64,000 nucleotides of DNA from Parasitella parasitica NRRL 2501 (GCA_025201805.1 MU619378.1:19635-83634); one strand, 5' to 3'. Shown: positions 25,068-39,596, counted from the stretch's first letter. Translations and numbers: made by a program. The notes: generated by a model from the sequence alone, not told the origin.

Positions 25068-26048
25068 TTAATTAAAGTTGTTTTTCATTTCTCTAAGCGT
25101 ATGCAAGACCTCAACCGGATCAGATTTGCCTGCCATTATTTGCAAAGATGGATCATTCACCCTTAAGAAGGGATTATAAAGCTTCTCTTGGCCAATGGTA
25201 GATGGAACTGTGATTAATTTGTCTTGACACCAATTCCATTTTGCTATCAGCGTCTCGTTTTTAGGGTCGACAGTCAATGCAAACTGCAACGTATTATGAG
25301 ATATATGCTAAATACAACACACGCATCTTATATCTACCTTTAAATTGATCTTTGTATACTCATGTCCGCAATAGACCCAGGTTTCATCAGGCAGTTTAGT
25401 TAATACATGGAATAGGATCCTATACATGTCACGAGCATCGCCCTCAAAAAACTTGCCAACACCTCCAATGAATAGAGTGCTGTATTGTGATGAATACTCC
25501 ACCATAGGCACAAAAAGAAAAAAAGGGATACTTACTCGCCAGTAAACACGGCCTTCTCGCCCGTAGCTGGGTCAGCAACATAGTAACAAACATGCCCTTT
25601 TGTATGGCAAGGTGTGTGGAGCGGCGTAACCGTTAAAGACCCCAATTTGAATTCTTCATGGTCTTTGCAAACATAATTAATCTCTGGTATACGGGCATCT
25701 GCACCGTACACTGCTAATCCTGGCTTTTTGGCTAGACATAATAGGATTGTGTTACTCGATACCCGACACTTCATCCAACATTTAACTGTACCTATTAATT
25801 CAATATTTCCACCTGCATGATCCCAATGATGATGAGTTGTAAAGACACTGCAGCAGTGTTATTTCATACCCCTTGCTCTACAAACCATTATCCGAATCTT
25901 ACCTTGTTAGCTTTGAACCTGTTTGGCTGATGACATTCAAGATTTTGATTGGCTCAACAGGGTCAATGACAGCAGCCTCTTTTGTTTTATCATCGATAAG
26001 AATATAAGAATAGTTGTCTTCGAGCACGCTAATAGGGATGATCTTCAT
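25068..26048 (-). CDS. GLO2: Hydroxyacylglutathione hydrolase (glyoxalase II), multi-exon
   Basis: [16 protein letters not shown] (metallo-beta-lactamase motif), [35 protein letters not shown]. Confidence 0.95.
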
Positions 26049-26375
26049 GTCTTTCGAAAAAAAAAAAAAAAGAGAAAAAAAGAAGAAGCGAATGAAACAG
26101 AACGAAAAGGAAAAGAAATGCAATTAAAGGGGGTTCCAAAGTGGAGATTATTAACGACAAGATTTCCATGCACTTTTCTCAACAGAAGCTTCTCGTTTTC
26201 CTGCTAGAACACAAATAGGAAAAAGTCCGAATAGAAGCAAATGTCTCAATATACGTAAAATTTTATTAAATATGGTTCAGGTTGCATTTGCGTATCTGCA
26301 TGTTTATAATCGCTGCTTTGTGTGCATTCAACAGATCCACAATTTCTATCCAACGTTCTCTGATTTGGTGGTAAT

Positions 26376-27037
26376 TTATTCCTCGTCTTGTCCAACACGG
26401 GCCTATGTTTACACATGTTCAGCCATTGATATACACAATTGCCACACTGGTCTACTCAATACTTACGCCACGGGGACGAATATCACCTTCACGCGCACCG
26501 AATTCCTCGGTTAATCCATTGTAGGGATAGGTACGAGGGACCTGTACATTGACCATTAACAAATTTGGAATTTTCGTCCTCTCAAGTTACTTACAGCGAC
26601 TTTATCAGGGTAAAACTTGTAGACGGTTGCTGCAAATCCAGTGAAAATAGTAGCGAAGAGAGCAAATTGAGCAGCAGCCTTGTAAGGACTGTAAGTGTGA
26701 AGATCAGGTGCCCAAACACCCATAATTTCATCTTCTTCATGGACCTATTGATGTTTGGTTACAAATGTCTATTTTTTTTTTTTGGCAACAGGAGTATTTT
26801 GCTTACAGCTTCGCCAAAGTTACGCTTGTCTTGAGGATCATCCCAACCAAAAGGACCTCTGGTTTGTGCACTGATACGAGGCAAGTTGGGGTAATCACCA
26901 ATTTGGGGATCGGATACAACTTCGCCGGTGCTCAAGGTGGATTGAGGGCGAACTGCAGTGATAGCAATAGGCTGGCGAGTTGTGTTCATAATAAGACGCA
27001 TGTTCAATGCGTGGTGTGTAGCTGCACGGAAAGCCAT
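26376..27037 (-). CDS. NDUFB8: Complex I accessory subunit NDUFB8/ASHI, multi-exon
   Basis: Mitochondrial presequence, DPQIGDYPNLP, WDDPQDKRNFGE, one TM segment, PRTYPYNGL. Confidence 0.88.
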
Positions 27038-27727
27038 TGTTGTTTCGAATAAAAGAGTGGGGTGTGTGTCTTGTGTGTTTGATAATTCGAATTCAAGAAA
27101 ACAACCAAGGTTTTTTTTTTATAAATTTCGTACTAGAGGACTATTGGGTTGCCCACACATCTCCTCTTCTTCTACCCTCGCACCTTTGCAGTTGATGACA
27201 TCAGTTGCTCGTTTCAGCACCAACGACTCCAATAGGAAATAAGTGTCCCTATTCATAGAGTTTCCTTGTTACAGTGAACCAGTGGGGATCACTTTATAAG
27301 AAGAATAGAATTTATAAAAATGAAAAAAAAGGCCGTAACTGCCTATAGTTTCTATGGAAAAATTGATATTTCTCAAGAAGCAAACAGTGTCGTATTTAAA
27401 TAACCACACATTTGGACTATCACAATCCATTTTGCCTTAGCTTTTGATACCTAGTTACCATTTTAGGTAACAGCTGTACAAAAACATAAGCTTGTTAGTT
27501 GCACATCGATATTCCCACTTGCAATTTTCGCTGTTGTTGATAATTGACACTATCTCGATGCAGAAAATTAGGTAGACTTAAGAAAATAGCAGACCATTGA
27601 TCATCAACATATACCAAGGGCTTGCGAATCAATCATATAAAGCGAATGTCGAATAAACAGGAATATGACAATAAAACTGTACAGGTCGATTTATATTTTG
27701 GTTAAATAATAGAAACCTAATTTAAGA

Positions 27728-28525
27728 TTAGGCCTTCAAAACTCTCTTCACTAAAGCTTCAATCCCTTGGTTATTCTTGATAGCATCCTCTAAACTCTTG
27801 AGAGCATATTTGGCCAGCATATCAACTTCAACGTTTACACGATCACCAATCTTCTTTGTAGTCATGATAACATGAGATTGGGTATGAGCAATCATCATTA
27901 TTGAGAATGTGCGCTCATCGTCATTTACATCACACACAGTTAACGAAGTTCCATCCAAGCAAATAAACCCCTTTGGGATAACATATCTCATCTTGTCCTG
28001 ATCAACTTGTTCCATTTGGAAAGTATACCAAACAGAGTTTCCCTCTGGTTTGATGTCTACAATTTTGACAGTATTGTCAACATGTCCTTGTACCATATGG
28101 CCACCGAATCTTTTGTTGGAATCCATCGCACGCTCCAAATTAACTTTATCTCCAACCTTCAAGTCGCCTTTACTTACGTTAGCCATTATGTATAAATCGT
28201 GAATGAAGACTTTACCTAAATTGGTGCACCTTAAAGTCTCGGGTGCAACGCCAACCTTGAAAGAGTCAGCGTCAAACTCTGTAGCCGTCAAACAAGTACC
28301 TAAGTAAGTGAAAAATTAATACATACGATGGAACACTTTTTTTTTTTTTTTTTTGGATATTGCTTCCTTACCATTGATGGCAATACTATCACCAAGATGG
28401 CAGTCGCTTAAAATTTCAGCAGCATTGGATACAGTGATAGTCCAGCCATTTCCACCGGATTCAGTATTGTCCTGTTCCTGAATATTGGACACAGTACCCA
28501 TAAGCTCAACAAGACCAGTAAACAT
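27728..28525 (-). CDS. RIB5: Riboflavin synthase (2 introns)
   Basis: N-terminal MFTG, GDSIAING|TCLT, VNLERA, FGGHMVQGHVD, KGFICLDGTSLTV. Confidence 0.96.
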
Positions 28526-28713
28526 TTTTATAACTATCGATTTTTTTAATGAAAAAAAAAAAAAAAAACAAAGAGATGCAAAAAGCTTATTTAAACGGAT
28601 TTGTCATTGAAATACTCGTCATATGACTGCGCAAACAAAGCGCCAATGCAAACACGAAATCATGGCAGTATGTACTATGGAAAGAGAAAGTCTATATGCT
28701 TAATCTAGCATGT

Positions 28714-30692
28714 CTAATCAGCAAAACAGACGTTTTTTTCTTTGATGGTAGGTATATTGGCTTCGATCTCTTGGATTTTCTCGCTATTATTATCGCTGAC
28801 TGCCCTGGATGTTGTCCTTCTGATGGCACCTAACCGATCAGCGGCTACCTCCTCTTCTACTTCCATCATGGCTACTGTTGTTGCATTCTTTTTATCTTGA
28901 GGACGCACAATAAATTTACCAGGCTCACCAGTGAAAAAGTAGACGTAAGGGCAACAAGCGACTAAGAAAGCGCCCATGACAACACACATGTTAAAAAACC
29001 CAATTCTGCCGTACAAAAAACCGCCTAGTAATGGACCTACGAGACCACCCAGAGCAAAAGCGATATTGAACAGAGCATAACTCATCCCTTGGCCTGAGTC
29101 GCCATCGTCAGGGTTAAGATATTGAACAACGTAGGCTAGTTCAGGCAAAACAGGCGTGATGAATGCAAATGATGTAAATCCTTGGATTGCAAAAACTACA
29201 ATCAAAGGCACAATACCGCCAGCAGTCGATTTGCTAGGAATACCAATAAGAAACATAGTAATTGAGCAGACAACCAGTGTGGTAAAGCACACAACTTTAG
29301 GCCCATATTTGTCACTGATGATTCCAGCCAAGGGCGTTGCAATAAATGTTGGAATAACTTGAGCCAAGAACACAAGGCCAATTTGACTAGAATTGTAACC
29401 CCATTCAGTCGACAATCGAACAGTTAACGTAGGCTCAAATACATTGTATACACAACCATTAGCAAATGCTAGTAGCAAACTAGCAATTAGTCGATGCTGG
29501 CGCAGAAGCTGAAAAACAGTAACCGTATGTTTTTTCTTCTTTTTCATGCTGCTACTGTCATCATCTTCGGATGTAGGATTTACAAGTGTAGATGGCACGG
29601 TAGTAGGTGCGTTTACAAGGGGCTCTTTTTGGAACCATTCGGCAGGTCGATTTCTACGTTCCACCAGGAACACCCGCAAGATGAAATCAATTCCTGCTAA
29701 ACAGATGCATAGAATAAAAGGAGCTTTGTAGCCTGCTGAGTGATAGAGTGCTGCGTGATGAAATGTGAGCGCTTTTTAGTTCGATTCTAGTTATGTATAT
29801 AACCTACCACCTAATAGAATAAACAAATGTGAGAACTATATGGAATAGCTTTATATTATAAAACGAAAAACATACCACCAATGGGACTACCACAAACAAG
29901 GCCAACTGAATGAAATAGTAAAACTCTACCCATCTATCACACACATGTCTAGTCAGTGTAACCATCGACACAACAGACAAACTATTTTACCTGTTTACCG
30001 AGCTCTTCTAATGGAAACGTATCAGCAATTAGACACATACCAAGTGTCCAGACGCAGGCATCAGAGAAACCTTGTAAAAACCGAGCCAACAATAACTCCC
30101 AATAAGCATTAGCAAACAAGAATAGGAATGTAGCGCCTAGTAAACCTGCAATGCCAGCAACCATTGGCCATTGACGGTATTTCATTCGATCGGCTGTTTG
30201 CAGAAATTAAGCAACAAACAATTAACTAACAATTACTTTCTGCACAACGCTATAACATTTTACCCAAATAGCCTAGAATGGGGGACCCAACTACAAGTCC
30301 AACGGCAAATAAGGCCAACAAAACACCTGTATCTTGAGATACTGATGCACCATCGGATACTTCTGAATTATAAGGATCAGGCCCAGAATCAGGGGATTTG
30401 CCATTTTGTAAAGCGTCAATGACAAAAGGCACTGCAGTAAGAAATGCCAAAAAAACGCAATACAGATTAGTAATTGCGCTAGATTCAATTTCCATGTATA
30501 TGTACATACTGATAGGCACAATAATGCTATAAACCATCATCTACTTCGGACAAGTAATAAATTAATAATCTGCTTATACTTGCTTCTGAATGTAAAAACA
30601 CATACATCAGTGAATAATGATAGCGATACCGTCACTAATACATACAGATTGGAAGATCTGAAATGAACAAAAATAGGCTTCCTTTTAACCAT
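28714..30692 (-). CDS. MFS transporter, SLC18/vesicular amine transporter-like (DHA1 type), multi-exon
   Basis: FTDMMVYSIIVP, GYLADR, LLARFLQGFS, LIADTFP, GIISDKYG, YALFNIAFALGGLVGPLLGG. Confidence 0.9.
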
Positions 30693-31361
30693 TGCGATTA
30701 GAAACAAGGTCAAGTAGGTCGAAACTGATGGAAATAGAGATAAAAAAAAAGCTTGCAAGGAATAGGTTGCTAGTCTTCCTGGGCAAGACCGTTTGTCAGA
30801 TGTGACGGCCAGAGAAGTTAGTTGAACATCATGATGAGCGGATTTCAATGATTAAGAACTCCTTTAAGAGTCAAATTCTATCAACTTCTACATCATTATA
30901 CATTAGATAAAAGTAGCGTGTTCTATCAACATAGATTGATAGTATCACCAAGTAAACAAAGCATAATTGATGTGTCCTAACAACGCATTTATTTTTAATA
31001 TCCCGAAAAAGGAACTTCTGGTGGTTGCTACACTGTTGGCATGGAGACGAAATTCTCAGGTTGATCTAGTAAGCTACAAACCTGTCTAAATCAACTGCTT
31101 TTACACCTTTATTGGAAAAAAATTGATCATTTACTAACTGATCAATTGAACAAAATTACCAAATAAAATGATGGGTGAATATAAGGGAGAATCATTCTCC
31201 CCCCTCATTTGACTCGATCTGTCATGTTCGTTTAATCTTGGCAAAAATATTCTCTCGATTACTGCCAACTTTTATATAAATACATGTACTGAAAACCAGC
31301 ATAAATATACAATATTTTTTCGCAAATACTTCGGGGCTTTACTCTGTACATCAATTACAAC

Positions 31362-32318
31362 ATGCTTGATTCACTTCCAACAGAGATTATTTGGAATATA
31401 ATGCAGATCTTAGATCCATTTGATCTTTCGGCAACAAGATTAGTATGCAAAAAGCTGTGTGCTATTAGTGACCATCCTAGTCTATGGAGAAATATTCAAC
31501 TTAGACCAGCAGCAACATCAACACCATTGCACAATGCTGAAAACTTACCACTGTGGAGTTTGATGGACCTTGAACACGTTTTGCAACTTCATCTTAGGCA
31601 TATACAAGCAATACACATTTGGGGTGTTCGTGACAACATTATTCAATACATTTTAACAAATTGCCACCACCTTCAAGAATTAACTATTTCGGGATGGTCT
31701 ACACTTTCTGATCATGCTTTCAGAATAACAGCACCAACACCAGGATTTGACCACAGATCTCTAAATGCTCTAAATTTACGTCGTTTAAGGTTGATTGGGC
31801 AAAGAAAATCAAATTACACATCCTTGGATGCTTTTGCTTTTGGAAAGCTGTTGAAACGGTGTCCCTACTTGGAAGAAATTACGGTTGTGAGCTGCCAAAT
31901 TCACCTTCAAGCCGACTATTTACTCCAACTCGTTGATCAAGACCGCCGCGGTGAGCCAATGCTTGCTTCAATGCTGCAGGAGCAGCATATAGCTGAGCAA
32001 TCTACTTTATCTTCACTCAAATCTCTTGTTATCGCGACTAAAAAAACTTGGTCAAGTCATCATGTCACACGATTATTCCAGCTTTGTTCGAATCTTCGAT
32101 TTCTTGGCCTTGTTCCTGACTCAATTGAAATTGTCGACTATACAGGAGCGAATAAGAGGCAAAACAATGGCGAAATAACAGCATCAATGCCAGTCCTGGA
32201 TTACTCGAGCAGTGTTACAAGCAATCAACCACATTTACTGACAAAGAATATTCTTGCTATTGAAGAACATGAAATGCTGGATTCGGACAACCTTATCGTT
32301 TTCAAATCTGGTATATGA
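31362..32318 (+). CDS. F-box/LRR-like protein, apparently intronless
   Basis: N-terminal LDSLPTEIIWNIMQIL...LVCK...LWR F-box; LRR-like CHHLQELTI, CPYLEEITV, CSNLRFLGL. Confidence 0.85.
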   Translation: MLDSLPTEIIWNIMQILDPFDLSATRLVCKKLCAISDHPSLWRNIQLRPAATSTPLHNAENLPLWSLMDLEHVLQLHLRHIQAIHIWGVRDNIIQYILTNCHHLQELTISGWSTLSDHAFRITAPTPGFDHRSLNALNLRRLRLIGQRKSNYTSLDAFAFGKLLKRCPYLEEITVVSCQIHLQADYLLQLVDQDRRGEPMLASMLQEQHIAEQSTLSSLKSLVIATKKTWSSHHVTRLFQLCSNLRFLGLVPDSIEIVDYTGANKRQNNGEITASMPVLDYSSSVTSNQPHLLTKNILAIEEHEMLDSDNLIVFKSGI

Positions 32319-33958
32319 TTTTTTTGCTTGATTGAGCACCCTATATAATTTACATAATAAACACAAGTTGCTATTGTACATAATTTCTCGTCATGGAAAA
32401 GATACAAACACAATTCTGTAGTACATCCTTCCATTTTAAATACAATAAAATAGCTGATCGGGTTTCTTAAATCAGGATTGGAACCAGCTACACTACCTTT
32501 AAATACGTTCTAACGCAATAAACTCAAAGAAAAAGTTGTCTTACTAATTAAAAGGAAGAATATCGCACCTCTGCTTGAAATTGGAATCTTGATAACTCAA
32601 TCTCTAGACAAAAAAAAAAAAAGCCTATATACATAAAATTTATTTTAAGCCTCTAGTTTTTTATTATTAAGTTTTTTTTAAGCAAGAACATTGATTTTTC
32701 AGGGTTCATGCCTGAAACTTAGAGTTTCATTATACAACAATGAATATGCTTAGATCTATAGCAACAATCGCGTAAATTTATACACCAATCAAGTATATCG
32801 ACGAATTCAATGATAAAATGGATTACAATTACTTGATCTCCAAACAATACATTTAATAAGCCAAGCTTGGTAATTATACGTTTGTTCTATTAATGGAGAC
32901 TTGTAATTTTGGATTGATCGTGTGGACAAGAGTGGAATTTGGAACAAACATATGATGATGCACATGCATTATAAAGTACAAACATTCGGTTCTCACATAT
33001 AAAACGAAGAAAAAAAAGTGGCTTTTAGCAATTCACATAGCACTACAACATGTACATGCACAATGTAAAGAATCATTTCAAGTATCATATGATACGACGA
33101 GGGTATAGAATTGCATTGCTGACGCTTTTTATGTGTATTGTGTGCTATGTACATGTGCATAATCCCGCGTGTTTCTCGTGTTGTCTATATTGTTTGTAAG
33201 TTTTGTAATATTGGTCGATCAAAAAAGGTTTCACATGTTATATAAACATTTGGTCAGGGGTTACAATTGCAACGGGCTATGATAGTCTATTTCTATAGCA
33301 AGCACTAATACAACTTGTGAAGGAAATCGTATGTGAAGAGAGGCTACACAAAATATACTTCCTTCGTTTATATAGGATACTATAGATTTCCGTGCTGCTG
33401 TAATATAATTCAATTGAGAAGAAATCCTTACATATTTGCTAAAAATAGTCATTTTCTGTAAAGCACAAGTCTTTGCAAGTATCTCATGTTAATATTGATG
33501 AAGAAAAGATACAATAAAACTTTTAGCGCTTTGTTTTCATAATTTTATATAGAGTAAACCTCAATGAATAATGAAATTTGCTTCTCGTTTGAATAGTATA
33601 GTCTGGATGATGAAACACTGAGCATGATATATATTTTTAGTTCAATGGATATATGCACCTCAGATTGGTAAGACGTAGAAGGACACATATTTGTTTTAAA
33701 TAATAACGAAAGCAGCATCAAGGGGGATCATATCGAAGGAAAGAGTAAATGCAGAACTTAACGTTCAAGCAAATGACGTAGATATCATTTGGGATACCAT
33801 GTGTATTTAAGGACCCAAATTTCTTTCAAACAAGTTCTCTTCTCTCTTTTCTCTTTCATTTCTTCAGAAGAGCTTCTCAGAAATTGTATTATATTACGTT
33901 GCAGACATAGCACAAGTATACTTGCTTAAAGCTTGCGCAAACGACGTATACATCGATT

Positions 33959-35262
33959 ATGTCTTTAGTAGATTCGCTAATGATGCCCATTATGAACACT
34001 AATAATAATAGCACCACCGGTGCCAACAGTAGATTCCATGACTTCAATTACCACCATCATCAACATCAATTTCTGCTATCACCCAGCACAAGCAATTCAA
34101 TCATAAAAAATGGCATCTCAACTTTTACTAATAACAGCAACATAAACACGCTATCAAACAGTTCTCCTGGTGAAGAAATCTCGACCATATTTGTAGTCGG
34201 ATTCCCAGAAAACATGCAAGAGCGTGAATTCCAAAATATGTTCATCTTCTCCCCTGGATTTGAAGCTGCCACATTAAAATTGCCACCATCAAATCAAAGC
34301 GAATTTGATGAGGATTCCAACCGCAAACAAATCGTGAGTTTTCACAATATGCCAAAAGCCCAAAATCACTTGATTTACATATGTTCGTAGATTGGGTTTG
34401 CCAAGTTTCGCACTCGCCAAGAAGCACTGGACGCCAAAGAAGTTCTAAATGGTAAAAAAATAGACAGCGATAAGATTCTGAAAGCAGAAATGGCTAAAAA
34501 GAACCTGCACACCAAAAGAGGACTATTGAATGAGCCAAGCGCCAGTACTACAAAATCACTTTACGAAGCATTCTATTCAGTTCCTATTAATGAATTTTCG
34601 CCATCAACATCACCAACATCACCTACACATAGTTATATCGCATCATCAATTCAACAACAGCAACAGCAGCAACAACAACAGCCTTCATATCACATTCATC
34701 AGCAGCACCCACAGCAACAGCATAGTTTATTCGGCATTATGGGAAATCAATTCACCACCAATAAAAGCACTTCCATTTATCCTACACATTCATCTTCTTC
34801 ATTACTATCATCCATCAATTCACCAATTCCGAAAGAAGATGTCTTGGCATCTCATTTATTACAAAAGCTAGTTCTATCTACATCATCGCCTATGCCGACC
34901 AGCTCAGTCTCGACTAATAACGTAGATCAAAACCCTCCTTGCAATACTCTGTACGTAGGCAATCTGCCGGCTAACACGAATGAAGACGAGCTTCGACAAT
35001 TATTCATGCATTGCTTGGGATATAAACGCTGCTCATTCCGCGTCAAGTCAAATGGTCCCATGTGCTTTGTCGAGTTTGATGATTTAAAATTCGCGGCTTT
35101 GGCTTTGAAAGAAATGCAAGGGATCCCGCTCAGTAATTCTGTGAAAGGTGGCATCCGTCTTTCTTATAGCAAAAATCCACTGGTAAGTTCAACAGAACCT
35201 ATCACATGAAAATACGTCGTTCTAACGTAATATCATAGGGGGTGCGTCAAAATTTTGTATGA
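33959..35262 (+). CDS. Whi3/Scw1-like RNA-binding protein with two RRMs and polyQ
   Basis: [12 protein letters not shown]...|IGFAKFRTR; [15 protein letters not shown]...GPMCFVEF...[17 protein letters not shown]|GVR. Confidence 0.9.
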
Positions 35263-37945
35263 TATAGCGTAAGAAATCGCATCTTTGCAGTGACACCAAG
35301 CTTTATTACTAAGAACGATATGCATATGAATAAACTTGCAAAGGCTTATTCCATGCTTTTTTTTTTCCTTTTTTTTTCTGAGACTACAATAACTATCATA
35401 AGCAAGGCAAGTGCGCATTTGGTTTTAACATCAACAAGCAGACAAATGATATGAACAAGTTGGGTATCTAGTGGATAGATAATACGATTAAGCTTCAGTA
35501 AAGGGAGTCCGCTTTTAACTCTCGATGTAAAGAGCTGAATTCTGTATTAGTTTGCAATAGCCGCTGGTTCATTTGGCTTCTGTAAAGAAATAGGATATTC
35601 TGCAGAATTACTGTGCAGTTAAAAACATACTTTTTAATTCACACGTCGCCCAGTTGAAACCAAATACCTATTGGGTAGCTCTGATTGTGCTTTTATCAGC
35701 CGAACGTAAGGTAATCTATACTTTGGTCTTTATCAATACCCAGTAGTATTTATTACATGCAATTTTTATCTGAAAATTATTGTTTTCCGTTGACACTATT
35801 ATATATGTCATCGATAGAAATATTTTTATCAGATATAGCGATTCTTACAGTTCATTTAACAAAAATTATGGCCAAATATATGTTGATTATGACACTAGAA
35901 AATGTTTTTGCCATGAATTTCGACAGGAACGTCCCCCAATGAAAATCAAGTAATGCTCCGATAGCCCTGATCATGCCTGTATTAACCAGGCTTGATGAGA
36001 AGAGAACAGCTGCACTTCTTCCTACTTCCTCCTGGATGGCCACATATTACTTATTCAATACGTTGGAGTGGTGGTTATTATCTTTTGCGTTTCTTCAAAA
36101 GCCCCCTTAAGCCAATTCATTTTCTAATTTTGATGGGATTGTCTTTACATGAGAGTTCCTCAGTTGTATCTATGTTTGAGGAATAATTTATACTTCAAGG
36201 CCGCCATTTAGCATACACATTTATGATAATTAGTTATCAATAATTTACAAAATACTATTAAAACCTAAAATTATGATGGTTTTCATTTCACAATCTCGAT
36301 TGCAATAAAAGTCGATTTAAAGGGATTTATAGGTAGTTTATAAATATGTTTCAAAGATATTACGGCAACAAGATTGTATTTTGAAACTTATCTTTGGATA
36401 ACCACAAAATCTTTTGTATTGGCTTTACAATATTCATATTGATGACTAGAAAGCCTTATTAATCACCCAAATTCTTTCACTTCAAAACCATAAATCATGC
36501 CTTCACAATAAAACAAAAATGGGTTAGACTTTCGAAAATTTTTATTGGAAACACCAATTCTTTGTATTTTCAAACTTGATGCACGGTATGTAGCGTGCCC
36601 CTGAAGTAAATGTCAGGGTATATCCAGAATATATTTTTATAAAATAGAAATCTCAAATGCCAAAAGGTACTTTTTCACAAATAGTACATGAATCGGCGTT
36701 GAGATAACACTGCGCATTCAACATGTAAGCTGTGTCGATGTCGTATTCTAATGCATAGCTGCATAACATTGTATACATGCGTAGTAGGGGGAAAGAGAAA
36801 ATTGGTGAAAACCCGAATTTAAGGTTTTCTAATGTTTTAAAGTGGATGTAACGTTCCTCAAATATTTTAAAGCTTATAAATAAACAAATATAAAACACTT
36901 GGTACTTGATGAGACTATATTATAGAATTATTTATTGACGAGGACCTACTGATCTGACGTGAATAAACTAGCTATGTAGACGAATTCCGGAATGCCGGGA
37001 TCGCATGGTTCTAGTTTCAAGTATCTGAATAAACATATAAATAGTTATTTGCCTATTGCCATGTACGACCATCATAGCTATTAGGTCATTTTATCAAGAT
37101 GTATGCATTACAGAATACGTAGTAAGGATATAGGAGGCTCATGTTTTGAAGATTGTGAACATTTTTTTGGGACATGGTACGATGGAGTATCTTCTTCCGG
37201 CCAACAAAAAAAAAGAGCAGCATTAATATTGTGATGGATAAAAGTTTATCTTTTCTGCTTGAAACCTGGTATTATATGAAGGGAATTTAGCGTTTTAGGC
37301 AGGCTACATTTTCTAATCATAAACGAGCTACTGTCTCTCTCTCTCGTTAATAACGATTTTGCACGTATGCAACAACTAAACCACATCATTATCGTATCTA
37401 TTATTATCTTCAAACTGTGCTCAAACATTTCTCAAAAAAAAATATTTACGCTGAGTCATTGGTGAGATTGCTCCTAGGCATCTTCGGAGACTTCCAGTTG
37501 CAGGGTAACACTGTTTTTAAGCACTGTTTTTGGTGGGGGTAAAACATGCACAAATAAATCAAATGGGGGTGTAACAAACGAGATAAGTGTTCTTGTTTTT
37601 CTCTGTCTTGCCTTCCGTTATTTACCAAGTGTTACACTGAATTTTTGAAAGGGTTCATAACTGCAATTTGTCTCTTTTTTTCTGTTTTTCTTCTCTATCC
37701 CTTTTTACAAAAAAAAAACTCTTTTTTTTTCTGCTGAGGCGCGATTTCTTAGTGAACGCTCCTCTTTTCAAAACGGTAAGATTTGCTTGTGTGTGGACGA
37801 TGCTCTCAACAAAACTAACATGACAAACAGTTTTCAAATCTCCTTTCTTCCACCCATAACCCACATAAAGGCTTACGGCGGTGCAGTGATCGACCCAAAA
37901 AATCAAGTTAATATCACATCTCAACAAACTCCAGATTCACTTCAA

Positions 37946-39596
37946 ATGGCTCCTCCTAACGCTGATCTTTCTCATTCCGCAAACACTGCTGCTTCCAGCG
38001 GTAGCGTCCCCTCTCCCTTGTTCAAGGTGAGCTCTCCCAATGTTCAATACACTGACGAGCACATCCTGTCCAAGTACTCTTACTTCAACACTCTGGTTAC
38101 TAAACAAGCTGATGGCACCATGATCGCTGAACCTACTGAAACCGTCTACGAATTCAAAACTGAGCGCACTGTTCCCCGTGTTGGGTAAGTAAGGTGATAT
38201 TTCTCGAGCTATATGTCATATTGATTTGATATGTCCTAGTATGATGATGGTTGGTTGGGGAGGCAACAACGGCTCTACATTAACTGCTTCCATCTTGGCA
38301 CACAAGAACAAATTGACTTGGCGTACCAAGTCTGGTGTTCATAAGCCCAATTACTTTGGCTCTGTCACCCAATCTTCTACTGTCCGTTTGGGCGTCGATG
38401 ATCAAGGTGCTGATGTTCATGTTCCTTTGAGCCAAATGCTGCCTCTTGTCAATCCTACTGATTTCGTTCTCGGCGGTTGGGATATCTCTGGTAAAAATTT
38501 GGCCGAATCCATGGAGCGTGCCAAGGTTTTAGCTTATGATCTTCAACGTCAAGTCACTGATGAGATGTCCAAGATGACTCCTCTGCCCTCCATTTACTAT
38601 CCTGATTTCATTGCTGCCAACCAAGAAGATCGTGCTGATAACTTGATCCCCGGTAATGATAAGCGTGCTCATGTCGATCATATCCGCAAGGATATCCGTG
38701 ATTTCAAGGCTGCCAATGACCTCGATAAAGTCATTGTTATTTGGACCGCCAATACTGAGCGTTTTGCTGAGCTCATCGAAGGTGTTAATGACACTGCTGA
38801 TAATTTCTTGGCTGCTGTTGAGAACTCTCATCCTGAAATTGCTCCTTCTTCCATCTTTGCTCTTGCCTGCATTGAAGAGGGCGCTCCGTTCATCAACGGT
38901 TCTCCCCAAAACACTTTTGTTTCTGGTTTGATTCAATTAGCTGAGCGTCATAAGGCATTTATCGGTGGCGATGATTTCAAGTCTGGCCAAACCAAGATGA
39001 AGTCTGCTCTTGTTGATTTCCTTGTCAATGCCGGTATCAAGCCTGTCGCCATCACTTCTTACAATCATTTGGGTAACAACGACGGAAAGAACTTGTCTTC
39101 TCATAGACAATTCAGATCCAAGGAGATCTCCAAATCTACCGTTGTAGATGATATGGTCGCTGCCAATGACTTGTTGTATGGCAAAGATGAACACCCCGAC
39201 CACACTGTTGTTATCAAGTATGTACCTTCTGTTGGTGACTCTAAACGTGCTCTTGATGAATATGAATGCGATATCTTTATGGGTGGTCGTCAATCCATCA
39301 GCATGTACAATATTTGCGAAGATTCCTTGTTGGCCTCCCCTCTCATCATCGATTTGGTCATCATGACTGAATTGATGACTCGTTTGCAATACAAGACTGG
39401 CGATATGACCAAGTATAGCACCTTTCACAGTGTCTTGAGTATTTTGAGTTACATGCTGAAGGCTCCTATGGTCTCTCCTGGAGCTCCTGTCGTCAACGCT
39501 TTGAGCAGACAACGTACTGCTATTGAAAATATCTTCAGAGCTGCTGTGGGTCTGTCTGCCAACAATGAAATGGGCTTGGAGCACAAGGTTTGGTAA
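37946..39596 (+). CDS. INO1: Inositol-3-phosphate synthase (intron 38185-38239)
   Basis: [45 protein letters not shown]. Confidence 0.98.

Noticed and set aside
38529-39584. Long antisense ORFs over INO1 (similar ones over the Sds3-like, BDP1 and TIM44 genes)
   Set aside because: Expected from codon bias and low complexity of the sense gene.
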